Under the pieces are notes generated by a model. That model saw only the letters and a list, made by a program, of their open reading frames with translations. It searched no databases and was not told the DNA's origin. Made by a program: the position numbers and the translations under genes. From Octopus sinensis (taxonomy: Eukaryota), in the NCBI RefSeq assembly GCF_006345805.1, contig NC_043009.1:42532001-42596000 (forward strand): a DNA stretch of 64,000 bases, given 5' to 3'. Shown piece after piece: positions 51,438-64,000 of this stretch. Every line of letters begins with the position of its first letter. Positions within the stretch are counted from its first letter, which is position 1.

Positions 51438-52651
51438 TTAAAGCATGAAAAGAAGACGTCCTACTCAATAACAAAACAGGCGAGGAAATATCTAAGTGAA
51501 TTCTAAATACATCTAATCCCAGAATTAGATGTACTGGAAATAGGCACAGAAAAAGCTAAACATGAAAACCCTTGTTAAAACTGCTGCCTTAGATATTCTT
51601 TCTGACAAATAGTCAGAAAAACGTTTCGATGGCAAATACCCCGAAAGGGCTAATAATGCTGATGTTGACAAAGCCTTTATCCATTAACAGTTAGTGTCAT
51701 CTGGCTTAAAATCATAGACGGAGGGGTTTATCAATGCCTACCTACAAGAAGCTATCAGGCCAACATCTTAAAGAACGGCAAAACCCCTTGTTGTGTATGT
51801 AAACAGCGGACTGAAACCATCAGTTAGGTTGTCTCCATGTACAGCCTTTTTGCGCTTACAGAGTATTTCAGCAGGCATGATAGAGTGGCACAGTATATTC
51901 ACTGAGTAATTTGCAAAGACCTGGAACTGCCCCATTATAAAAACTGTGGGAACCCAAACCACCTTTAGTGCTTGAAAATGATCAGATCTCACTCCTTTGG
52001 AACTTTACTGTTGAAACTGACAGAAAGATAGATGCAAACATGCCAGACATTATATTGAAGGATTTCAGACAAGAATCATGTTTTTCATCGATATGACTGT
52101 CCCAATCAACATAAATGTATCTGTCAAGACCTACCAAAAGCTGAGCAAATATAAAAACCTTCAAATAGAAATTGGCAAACTGTGGAATCTCAAGACTAAA
52201 ACAATACCTGTTGCCATAGGTAACCAAGGAATGATACCAAAAGAGGCTGATTGCGACCTACCTTAGATACCAGGAAATCCCAAAATGGAAGAAATTCAAA
52301 AGATAGTGCCCATGGGATCTGCTCATATCCTACGAAAATATTGTCTATATAATTCCAAAAACATTTTAATCTGTGAACATTGTCAAAAATACTTTTAAAT
52401 GTGCATAATAGCAAACACCTTTTTACTGTCATCTGATGATCTCAATATCATCTTATCGCCAAAGTATTTTTTTTTTTAAATTTGGAGTTTTCTTATATGT
52501 TGACAAACATTCTCTAGAACAATACACAGTGCAAAACTAAAACTATAGCACCCTAGTATTAACACCAACTTGAACTTCTAACTGGTCTCTTGAAGTCTCT
52601 AGGTGAGACTTTGAGTCAACTTGTACAACTACAAAGCAAAAACCAAACATG
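51438..52651 (+). mobile_element. Degraded 5'-truncated copy of a second R4/Dong-type family
   Basis: Translates piecewise to GKYPERANNADVDK..SSGLKS*TEGFI, DANMPDII, FIDMTVP..KLSKYKNLQIEIGKLWNLKTKTIPVAIG and QKIVPMGSAHILRK. These are colinear with the C-terminus of the neighbouring element. Bounded by TAA arrays at 51378-51437 and 52651-52703. Confidence 0.8.
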
Positions 52652-52662
52652 TAATAATAATA

Positions 52663-52703
<41 letters not shown>

Positions 52704-52706
<3 letters not shown>

Positions 52707-55700
52707 GGACACCGGGGACGTTTAAGATGTAAGAAGGAAAATACAGAGCTCCGAAATCTATCCACAAACATCGAAAACAAGGACACCCTATGGAGCCAAA
52801 GATTTACTAACAAAGAATTGGACTATATCCGAGTAAGTAATACTAATTGAAATTTATTACTATTTCCGAAACGAAATGATGTATTTTGACTCGATATTAT
52901 CTCCACCTCTAACACAACACATGTAAACATGCGTGGAACAACACGATCATCCCCGACCTCAAACACCATGTACAAAGGAACTACGAAGAAATTAAATGCC
53001 ACCGATACTATTCAACCCAAGAATAACAATCGAGCGGTACGTACATTAAACCTACAACAAAAAATGTGCGAAAAACTACACGTGCGAAATAATGTGACAA
53101 CAGAAATAAACGGACCGGTACCCTACGAAAATGACGACCGTCAAAATAATGGGCCGGACGTTGTACCTCATGTCCCGCAATTAAAACCCAAAAGACGTAA
53201 ATGGACACGTGAGGAATACATTTCTATCTTACACGCATACTTCACAGCAATGCTCTACCCACAAAATGAAAATACAACAACACATACATATAAAATATTG
53301 AAGGAAAATAATAGAGATATAGACTTGGATACAGCAATGAACCCTAATAAATTAGCTAACGTACGAAGATACATTCTCAAAGCCAAACAAATATCAGAAA
53401 TAGAAATAGAACATTTAAAAGAAAAAATACACCAGGAAAATGTAGATAGAAGCCACACAACAATGCCCAATAATATAAACACTGAAACTGTAAAACACGA
53501 AGACAAACGCAACATTCCCAACAAACACGATGTAAACAACGAAGGGGAGCCTAAAGATTATGATAATATAAAAAATAAAATAATCAAAGAACTGAAAACC
53601 ACAGAGCCCAAAATGGACCACCGACCATACCTCCCAAGAATAAAAATAAACGCAATAACAACACCAATTATAAACAACATAAACCTAGCCGTCACTGAAC
53701 TAGCCACTGAAACAAAAAAAGTGATATCACTGAACTAATGACTTGATATACGCAGCAGCCACTGCAGCCACAAAAGAAACTGGATACTCACCCAAACCCG
53801 CCCAAACAGGAGTACCACCACCCAAACAAACCCTGTGGATAAATAACATCCAAAACAAAATTAAAAAAATTAGAAAAGACCTGTCGATTCTTAATGAAAT
53901 CAGCAAACAAGCAACGCTACTAAGCAACAAAAAGAGAACAAAAATGCTCCGCAAATATAACATCACAGAAAAAGATTTGCCGGAGATAAAAGAAAAGCTG
54001 AAGCAAGATATCCTTGCCAAAGCTCAAAGGATCCGCCGGTACGAGAAACGCCAACGCTTCTTTGAACAGAACAAAAAGTTCAACTCCGACCCCAAAAAGT
54101 TCTACCAAGAACTGGGCAAAAATAAAATAGAAGTCACTGCAGCACCAACGGCAGAAGAATTGGAAGAATTCTGGAGAGAAATATGGTCGGCGAACGAACA
54201 GCCAAAAAAAAGGAGTATGAAAATAACAAACTCGGCATCTGAACAACTTGGACCCCCATAACAACTGAAGAGGTCACCCAGGCACTGCAAAAACTAAGCA
54301 ACTGGAAGGCACCTGGGCATGACAAGATCCCCAACTTCTGGTTGAAATATCTAACAGGAATGCACAAAAAGCTGGCTGAAAACTTTAACAGCATACTAGC
54401 AGAGCCAGAGACAATGCCTGAATGGCTCACGAAGGGGAAAACCATCTTAATTCCCAAATCAAATGAAACAACAAAACCAGAAAACTACAGACCAATAACC
54501 TGCCTCCCTACTATGTTCAAGCCACCTGGACGAAAACAAACTGTTCCCAGAAGAGCAGAAAGGATGCCGCAAGGGCTCATATGGCTGTAAAGATCAACTA
54601 ATGATTAATAAAGCCGTAACTGAAGACAGCCACAGAAAGAAGAAAGGCCTCAGTATGGCCTGGATTGACTACAAAAAGGCGTTTGATAGCATCCCCCACA
54701 CATGGATCCTCGAAACACTAGCCATTAACAAAGTAGCACCAACAATCATAAAATTCATAGAGCACTCTATGAATAAATGGCAAACAGTCCTACACCTCCA
54801 AACAAAAGAGGGACTCATGAAAACCAAAGACATCCCCATTAGAAGAGGAATATTCCAGGGAGACACGCTCTCTCCACTCCTTTTCTGCTTGGCACTGTCA
54901 CCTCTATCTGATATGCTAAATAGAACTGGATGCGGATATAAATGTTACGGCAAAACGATCAGCCACCTTTTATATATGGATGACCTAAAACTATACGCTG
55001 CAAATGACAAACAGCTAGAAACACTATTAAAGACAGTTCATAGATTTACCAAAGAAATAGATATGAAATTTGGATTAGAAAAATGCGCCAAAGTAACCAT
55101 GAAAAGAGGAAAACTAGTTAAGAGTAACAACATCACACTAGATAAAACCAATGAAATAAAAGAATTAGACCAAAGCCAAACTTACAAATACTTAGGAATC
55201 CATGAACTAGATAAGACACAACACACACAAATGAAAGAGAAAATAAAAAAGAATATTATAGACGAGTTAGATCAATACTAAAAACAGAGCTCAATGCTAA
55301 AAACAAGATAATAGGTATCAACACTTTAGCTGTCCCAGTTATAAGTTACAGCTACAATATCCTTAACTGGACACGAAATGAACTGTCCAAAATAAATAGG
55401 AAAACAAGAAAAATACTGACAGGATCTAGGATGCATCACCCAAAATCTGACATAGAAAGACTATATATACAACGTATAGAAGGTGGTAGAAGCCTTATAC
55501 AGCTGGAAAACTACTATAAAATAACCACCATACGACTGCAAAAATACCTACTTCAGAAGGAAGGAAAACTGATCCAGATAGCAGCAAAACACGAGCAAAA
55601 CAAAAAACTGTTCTCAGTATTTAAGGAAGCTGACAAATACAAACAAGAAATCATACCACCTAATAAACACAAAGAAGAAGAAGAAGATGATGAAGAAACA

Positions 55701-56626
55701 ACAAAAGCTATAAAACAAATGAAATCCAAACTAAAAATAGAACAGCAACGAGCCATGATAAAACGATGGCAAGAAAACCCCTTCATGGTAAATACTGCAC
55801 TAAACTAAACGCAAAAGAAATAGACAAAGAAAAATCCCAGCAATGGTTGAGAAGCTCAGGACTCAAAGCAGAAACAGAGGGATTTTTAATTGCAGCACAA
55901 GACCAAAGCCTCCCCACCAGAAATTACAAAAACATGTAATGAAAAGAAATATTACAAGTAACTGCAGAATATGTGGAGATGGACAAGAAACAATAAATCA
56001 TATTATCTCTAGCTGCCCAGTCCTGGCTAAGAAGAAATATATACACAGACATGACAGAGTTGGAACCTACATACATTGGAAGCTATGCCAACATTATGGA
56101 ATAACAACAGAAAAAAGATGGTATAGGCACACACCAGAAAAGGTCACAGAAAATGAGAAAGCAACCATACTCTGGGATATGCCGATACACACAGATAGAG
56201 AAATTAAGGCCAACAGACCAGATATAGTTGTCAGAGATCATGAAGAAAAATAATGCTTTCTAATTGATGTATCAATACCGGCAGATGACAACGTGTCTCT
56301 AAAAGAAATGGAGAAACTCTCAAAATACAAAGACCTGGAAATAGAGATAGCTAGAATGTGGAACCTGAAAACAGAAACAATTCCTATCATAGTAGGTGCA
56401 TTAGGCATGATAAAAAAATATTCAGACAAATATATAACAAAAACACCAGGACTTACAAACACATATAACATACAGAAAATTGCACTACTAGGCACTGCAC
56501 ACATCCTACGCAGAACACTTTCCATACAATAACCATCAGAGCATCACAACAAATCACAGCACATACCCAAGGCACACAGAGATGCGCTCGGTAGTGAAGT
56601 GAAAGCACGCTATAAAAATAAAACTA

Positions 56627-56632
<6 letters not shown>
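52704..56632 (+). mobile_element. Near full-length R4/Dong-clade non-LTR retrotransposon (single ORF with RT and RLE endonuclease), disrupted
   Basis: ORF pieces 52929-56532 show an N-terminal Myb-like RRKWTREE segment, RT motifs (KAPG, NYRPITCL, WIDYKKAFDSIPH, GIFQGDTLSP, YMDD, YKYLG), CCHC knuckle CRICGDGQETINHIISSC, RHD, and RPDIVV...LIDV...K..KY endonuclease motifs. Flanked by (TAA)n on both sides (52651-52703, 56631-56702). Confidence 0.93.
52929..56532 (+). pseudogene. Disrupted RT-RLE polyprotein of the Dong-like element
   Basis: Consecutive ORF-track fragments (52929, 53743, 54342, 54601, 55431, 55843, 56293) line up in domain order. They are separated by frameshifts, an apparent deletion after LPTMFK, and a stop at 56251. 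Confidence 0.9.
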
Positions 56633-56690
<58 letters not shown>

Positions 56691-56704
56691 TAATAATAAT
56701 AATT

Positions 56705-57275
56705 CTTTCAAATTTTGACTGAAGTCCATCAGTTGTGATGTGAGGATCAAGTCGATTATATTGACTCCAGTAATTGACCGGTACTTTGTTGTTATGAACC
56801 ACGAAGGGATGAAAGGCAAAGGTGACTTTGACAGTATTTGAACTCAGCACCCAAAGAGTTGGAAGTAATGCTGCTAAGTTTTTTGTTTGATACGCTAACA
56901 ATTCTGCCAGATCGACTTAATTAAATAATAATGAGAAAGAAAGAAAGAAAGAAAGAAAGAACGAAAGAAAGAAAGAAAGAATTGCCCGCAACAGGATTTG
57001 AAATCAGAACGTAAAGAGCCAGAACAAATCATTTTTTCCTGCCAGTTCACCTCTCTGATAGCTTATGATAATACTTTCTATTATAGGCACAAGGCCTGAA
57101 ATTTTGTGCGAGGGGCTTGTTGATGATATTGATACTAGTACTCCAATGATACTTATCCCATCGATCCCGAAAGGATGAAAGGGTAAGCCGAGCTCGGTGG
57201 AAAAAGTGTACTCAGAATGTAAAGACATACGAAATAAGTAGGGATGCTAGCAATTCCGCTAGCTCATCGCCTTGC
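56705..57275 (-). mobile_element. Degraded type-A SINE copies
   Basis: Diverged GGATGAAAGG..GAACTCAG cores. Other diverged copies lie at about 7687-7858, 19295-19500, 21597-21860, 24022-24235, 36230-36483, 37660-37855 and 61002-61212. Confidence 0.65.
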
Positions 57276-57381
57276 CTTATGATGATGGACTCCCCCGTCG
57301 ACGATGATGTGTGGGCGTTCAGCTTTTTGCCGAACGATTTGCACAAGTGATTTGTTTATAGTGTTCAAATGTTTGTGACAC

Positions 57382-57775
57382 ACTTTACTCTTTTACTCTT
57401 TTACTTGTTTCAGTCATTTGACTGCGGCCATGCTGGAGCACCGCCTTTAGTCGAGCAAATCGACCCCAGGACTTATTCTATTCTTTGTAAGCCCAGTACT
57501 TATTCTATCGGTCTCTTTTGCCGAACCGCTATGTGACGGGGACGTAAACACACCAGCATCGGTTGTCAAGCAATGCTAGGGGGACAAACACAGACACACA
57601 CACACATATATATATACATATATACGACAGGCTTCTTTCAGTTTCCGTCTACCAAATCCACTCACAAGGCATTGGTCGGCCCGGGGCTATAGCAGAAGAC
57701 ACTTGCCCAAGATGCCACGCAGTGGAACTGAACCCGGAACCATGTGGTTGGTTAGCAAGCTACTTACCACACAAG
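57382..57775 (-). mobile_element. SINE type B, well preserved
   Basis: Close match to 4770-5190. Further partial or diverged copies lie at about 25667-25978, 30056-30126, 36840-37048, 38597-39015, 40985-41372, 43675-43825, 44105-44245, 45510-45710 and 61612-61745. Confidence 0.88.
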
Positions 57776-58261
57776 CTCACTTTATCCTTAAAATTGACGT
57801 TGTCTGAACAGGTGCACGGTGTACCACACGTCAGGTGTTGAAGTGATCGCATTGCAACGTGAGATGAAGTGTTTTGCTCAAGAACACAATACACTACCCG
57901 ACCTAGGAATTGAAACTACGATCTCACGATTGCGAGTGCAACACCCTAAACAATAGGCCATGCGCCCTCAAGATGATAATAATGATAGAATAAATAAAAA
58001 AAGTAAAGTTACCTTCTCCAGCCATTACTGGTTCGTAAGAGCCAGTTTCCCGATTTCATGGCGTATGTATTCTCCACCAGGATAGGACACCGGTCCGTCG
58101 CAGGATTACTCACTTTTGCCAGCTGAGTGGACTGGAACAATGTGAAATGAAGTGTTTTGTTTAAGAACATGAGTCATCCGGTCCAGGAATCGAAACCACA
58201 ATCTTACAATCATGGAACCAATGTCCTAACCACTCAGCAATGCGCTTCCACGATAATAATG

Positions 58262-59106
58262 GTTTCAAATTTTGCCTGAATGGTAACAATTTGAGGGGAG
58301 GTGGTACTTAATTTATCGATCCCAAAAAGATGAAAGGCAAAGTCGACCTCGGCGGAATTTGTACTCGGAACTTGCACATAGGCGAAGTGCTACAAAGCAT
58401 TTCGCCCAGAGTGCTAACGTTTCTTCCAGCTCAACGCCTACCACAATGATAATCTTTTCTACTCGAGGCACAAGGCCCGAAATTTTGGGGAGGAGGTCCA
58501 GTCGATTAGATTGACCCTAGTATGGAACTGGTACTTAATTTATCGACCCCGAAAGGATGAAAGGAAAAGTCGACCTTGGCGGAATTTGAACTCAGAACGT
58601 AAAAATAGACGAAATAACGCTGAGCATTTCGCCCGGCATGTTAACGTTTCTGTCAGCTCGCAGTCTTCCACAATAATAACCTTTTCTACACTAAGCACAA
58701 GGCCCGAAATTTTGGGGGAGGGTGCCAATCGAGTAGATCGACCCCCAAGGCACAGCTGGTACTTAATTTATCGACCCCGAAAGGATGAAAGGCAAAGTGG
58801 ACATCGGCAGAATTTGAACACAGAACGTAAAGACAACGAAATACTGCTTAGCATTTTGTCCGGCGTGCTAACGTTTCTTATTTCTTTATTGCCCACAAGG
58901 GGCTAAACATAGAGGGAACAAGCAAGGACAGACAAAGGGATTAAGTCAATTAGATCGACCCCAGTGCGTAACTGGTACTTAATTTATCGACCCTGAAAGG
59001 GATGAAAGGCAAAGTCGACCTCGGCGGAATTTGAACTCAGAACGTAACAGCAGACGAAATACCGCTAAGCATTTCGCCCGGCGTCCTAACGTTTCTGCCA
59101 GCTCGC
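58262..59106 (-). mobile_element. Array of about four type-A SINE copies
   Basis: Four consecutive cores with tRNA-like heads, of two tail subtypes. Confidence 0.85.
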
Positions 59107-59641
59107 TGCCTTCCTTCCACAATAATAATAAAAGAACAATATTGTTTTCTGACAAAGTTGCAATACTTCAGTTTAGGGACCAGAAGTTAGTTGAAAATAT
59201 ATATCAACCCCTGTACATGACTGGTATCCCGAAAACTAAGTAGCAGGAGCAGTAGTATTATATATAGAGAGATATTTTGGCTCTCGTTCCTGGATAAAGT
59301 TAAGCTGTCCTTACCTTTTATGGATAAATGATGAAGGTGCACCACATTACTCATGCACCAAAACCTTCTGATGTGGTGTAAATGAGTTGCAGCTGCAATC
59401 TAAATTTGCACCTTTAATTCTTCGAATTGTATTACTTACAGATTTGCAATGTATACCTGTAATATATATATATATATAGAGAGAGAGAGGGGAGGTGAAT
59501 ATAATGCATAACAATGTGTATATGTGTGTGTGAATAGATGTGTTGAGCATGTGCGTACATATGTATGTGAGTGTATGTGTGAATTCATGTGTGTGCATGA
59601 GTGCGTATATATATATTATATATATATATATTATATATATA

Positions 59642-59694
<53 letters not shown>

Positions 59695-59951
59695 ATATAA
59701 ATATATGTATGTATGTATATATGTGCATGTCTGTGGGTGTATATGTGTGTGAATGTATGCGTGTTGTGCATATATCTGTGTATGCGTGTATGTGTGTGGG
59801 TTGGAGAGTAAGTGCTCTACGACGTTGAATGTAGCAAAGTAAAACCGACCTGAATAATAATAATATGCAACAATAAATACGGAATCTGGTCTATCTAGAT
59901 GGCAACAACATTTATTTATTAACGAATACTACCAGGAGGAGGAGGGGAAGG

Positions 59952-59959
<8 letters not shown>

Positions 59960-59983
<24 letters not shown>

Positions 59984-60062
59984 AGAAGAAGAAGAAGAAG
60001 AAGAAGAAGAAGAAGAAGAAGAAGAAGAAGAAGAGAAGAAGAAGAAGAAGAAGAAGAAGAAG
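59960..60062. repeat. (GAA)n tract
   Basis: Direct reading; a second (GAA)n at 61954-62040 grades into GAT/GAC. Confidence 0.97.
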
Positions 60063-60308
60063 ACAACAGCATCAATCACCTGCACCACATTATTTTCTTA
60101 ATCTTAACCCATATATGACCATTAAAAGAATGAAGTCTTGAAATTTCAATGTAGTCAGATCAAACCTTATGGCAAGCTTTCACAATCCGGAAGAGAAGGA
60201 CAGTATGCAACTGCTAGCTACAAGTGTCGACTATCTACTGGACATTTCGTATGCTCAGTCATATGTTTCCTGGCGAGTTCATGTCCAAACAAGTAGGAGC
60301 AGGTTTAA

Positions 60309-60720
60309 GGCGGCGAGCTGGCAGAAACGTTAGCACGCCGGGCAAAATGCTTAGCGGTATTTCGTCTGCGTTACGTTGTGAGTTCAAATTCCGCCGAGGT
60401 CGACTTTGCCTTTCATCCTTTCGGGGTCGATAAATTAAGTACCAGTTACGCACTGGGGTCGATGTAATCGACTTAATACCTATGTCTGTCCTTGTTTGTC
60501 CCCTCTGTGTTTAGCCCCTTGTGGGTAATAAAGAAATAGGTATTTCGTCTGCGTTACGTTGTGAGTTCAAATTCCGCCGAGGTCGACTTTGCCTTTCATC
60601 CTTTCGGGGTCGATAAATTAAGTACCAGTTACGCACTGGGGGTCGATGTAATCGACTTAATACCGTTGTCTGTCCTTGTTTGTCCCCTCTGTGTTTAGCC
60701 CCTTGTGGGTAATAAAGAAA
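60309..60720 (+). mobile_element. Type-A SINE dimer
   Basis: Unit 60357-60539 is repeated almost identically at 60540-60720. Confidence 0.9.
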
Positions 60721-62574
60721 TGAGTATGAGCAGGTTTCGCGTTGCGAAAGCGCAACCAGGGATATATATAGCTTTTAAGACAAAGATTCCAATTTTCCTC
60801 AATAGTTTTTGAGCACAGAAAGCTATGTTCTAACAGAACACCTCCTAGTATTAACTCCAATGCTTATTTTATGAATCACTGAAAGACGAAAACCCAGTCG
60901 TCATTAGAGCATACCAGCTAAATATGTAAACGTCTTTAAAAAAAAGCAATGCAAGGTCTATAGTTTTACCTGATTTTACCTGATTTGTCTACGAATTTTA
61001 AGGTGGCGAGCTGGCAGAATCACTAGCACGCCGGACAAAATACCTAACTGCATTTTGTCCGTCTTCACGTTTTGTGGTCGAATTCTGCCGAGATGAAGTT
61101 TTGCCTTCTAACCTTTTGGATTTGATAAAATAAATACTCGGGTCGACGGGTCGATGTAATCGACTTAGCCCCCCCCCCCTCACCGAAATTGCTGGCCTTG
61201 TGCCAAACTTTGATGCCAATATGTCTACTAGCTTTCATGTTTAACGATAGCGTCTAATAAAGTCAACGGGCTTGAAATTTGAGAGGAGGGCCATTTAGTT
61301 GACCAAATAAATGGACGATAGTATATCACTAGTACTCTGTTTTATCCAGTCTTGGAATGGAACTGAAAACGTAAAGAGCTGGAATTGGAATAAATTAGGT
61401 AAGGCATTTTGTCCAACGCTTCAACAATTCTTCCAATCTCCCCCATTTTTAGGCATCTGAGACCTTGTATGTATATTAAAAATTATAAGGATAGGAAGTT
61501 GACAGAGTCATTAGAACATCAATCGAGATGATTTACAGTAACTGTTTTGAATATTTGTATGTTCTTAGTTCAAATCCAGCACAAGCCAACTTTGCCTTTC
61601 ATTAAATAAAGCGGTTCGGCAAAAGAGACCGATAGAATGAGTACTGGGCTTACAAAGAATAAGTCCCGGGGTCGATTTGCTCGACTAAAGGCGGTGCTCC
61701 AGCATGGCCGCAGTCAAATGACTGAAACAAGTAAAAGAGTAAAAAGAGAGTCAAGCTGGGGTACAAATATCCGAAGCCCAATATACCCATCATGACTACC
61801 CGTCTGTTAAGAGTACACCAGACACAAGTTTCACACCCGTATGTGCGCGACATGGTGATTGGTCGATACCGTCGGCCTCCAGTACGAAACAGGTACTTTA
61901 TTTTGCCGAGTACGAAAAAATGAAACAGCAAAGCTGACTTCAGTAAGGAAGTAGAAGAAGAAGAAGAAGAAGAAGAAGAAGAAGAAGAAGAAGAAGAAGA
62001 AGAAGAAGAAGAAGAAGAAGAAGAAGAAGAAGAAGAAGAAGATTATGATGATGATAATGACGACGATGGTGACAATGGTGATGACGACGATGATGATGAT
62101 TATGGTGATGATGATGACGGCAACAATGATAAAAACGACGATGATGACGATGATGTGTCGATGATGATGATGATGACGATGACGGCGACGACGACGACGA
62201 CGACGATGATTTCCGGTGTCATAGTCGTGCGAATGTTGAAGTATGAAAAGAAAAGACAACACAATAAAGAAATAAATTAATTAAACAACAAAAATAAAAT
62301 TATTACAAATCTTAATAACTGCAAGCAAAAATTATTGATCTGCTAAAGTAAATTATGTCCAAATATAGTAAATTATATAAAATAAGGAAAAAAACAGAAC
62401 AAAACAAAAAAAAAAACAAGATTTTATCGAGAACATTACAAAACACACTTCAAAGAAGAGAAGTTCTTTCTTTGTATGAAAACAATTAAAATATTTTGAT
62501 ACAACTTTTAAATTGGTAGGTTTGCTGTTTTTAGCGATTAATTGGCAAATTTGTCAACTGCTGATACTACTAAT

Positions 62575-62579
62575 ACCAA

Positions 62580-62649
<70 letters not shown>

Positions 62650-62768
62650 ACTACTGCTGCTGCTGCTGCTTTGTATGTTTTACTTTGTCTCTTGGTTTAT
62701 ATCACCATCGTCATCATCGTCATCATCAACATCGTCGTCTTCATCCTAATCGTCATCATCATAGTCAG

Positions 62769-62811
<43 letters not shown>

Positions 62812-62920
62812 GTCGTCGTCGTCGTTCGTCGTCATCGTCATCTTCATTGTCATTGTCAACATTAAGTGTCGTCGTTGTCATTCTCTTCGTCCTCCTCTTC
62901 CTCCTCCTCCTCCTCCTGAA

Positions 62921-62951
<31 letters not shown>

Positions 62952-63249
62952 GACATTATCAGTAGCAACATTACTGTCATCATCATCATATTCAGCAGCA
63001 GCAGCAGCGGCAGCTTCACTGTCCACCTCCACCTCCTCTTCATCATCATCAACAACACCGTCATCAACGACAACAACAACAGCAGCAATAACAACAATAA
63101 CAACAACAACAACGACAGCATCATCCTTCATCTTTTACTGCATTCTTCCTTATTCTCGGTGCTCATCCTATTATTCCAGTCAGTTATATTGTTCTTTATC
63201 TTGTTCCACTGCTCTAATTACCATACTACCAGTGCGACGTAGTAGTAGT

Positions 63250-63315
<66 letters not shown>
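62575..63315. repeat. Composite CTA/CTG/CAT/CAA/GTA triplet tract
   Basis: Direct reading of the sequence. Confidence 0.92.
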
Positions 63316-63460
63316 TTTATTTTTTATTCATTTATTCACTCGGCTAATTAGCCAGTTAAGAAACTAAAACAATGATAACAGCAACAATAACAATCACAAC
63401 CAGCAATCCAACACTAAACGCTAATACATATATATGCATATATAAATATACATACATACA

Positions 63461-63545
<85 letters not shown>

Positions 63546-63723
63546 TCTGTGTGTGTGTTTGTATATATGTATATGCATGCATATATATATATATATATAT
63601 ATGTGGGGGGGGGGGATGGAAGCACTCCGTCGGTTACGACGACGAGGGTTCCGGTTGATCCGATCAACGGAACAGCCTGCTCGTGAAATTAGAAATAATC
63701 TTTCTATTTAGTGTGTATGTGTA

Positions 63724-63833
<110 letters not shown>

Positions 63834-63850
63834 GTATGTATGTATGTATA

Positions 63851-64000
63851 GCGCATGACTCAGTGGTTAGAGCGTCGAGCTTACAATCGTGAGGTTGTGA
63901 GTTCGAATCCCGGACCGGGCTGCGTGTTGTGTTCTTGAGCAAGACACTTTATTTCACGTTGCCCCAGTTCACTCAGCTGTAGAAATGAGTTGCAACGTCA
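63851..64000 (+). mobile_element. SINE type C head (runs off the window)
   Basis: Near-identical to 5237-5385. Diverged minus-strand relatives lie at about 46680-46855, 57815-57965 and 58020-58250. Confidence 0.82.

Overview
Repeat-saturated, AT-rich eukaryotic DNA, most likely an octopus (coleoid cephalopod); this assignment rests on my recognition of the tRNA-derived SINE families and the microsatellite load, not on a database search. It looks like a large intron or intergenic region. No intact host gene, rRNA, true tRNA or CRISPR array is supportable; the best host-coding candidate is one minus-strand terminal exon (12309-12531). Contents: (i) dozens of copies of at least four tRNA-headed SINE types; (ii) a near full-length but disrupted R4/Dong-type non-LTR retrotransposon (RT plus restriction-like endonuclease) in a (TAA)n array, with four further truncated Dong-type copies, all adjoining TAA/TTA arrays; (iii) Tc1 (DD36E spacing) and mariner (DD34D) fossils, a mariner MITE and TTAA-type MITEs; (iv) Penelope-like remnants with minimal hammerhead ribozyme motifs; (v) RTE and probable L1/Tx1 and Gypsy fragments; (vi) a 1.5-kb two-component 10-bp-periodic minisatellite; (vii) a long foldback palindrome; (viii) one 100-N assembly gap. 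Most long ORFs in the supplied track are microsatellite artefacts. Repeat boundaries are approximate (read by eye).
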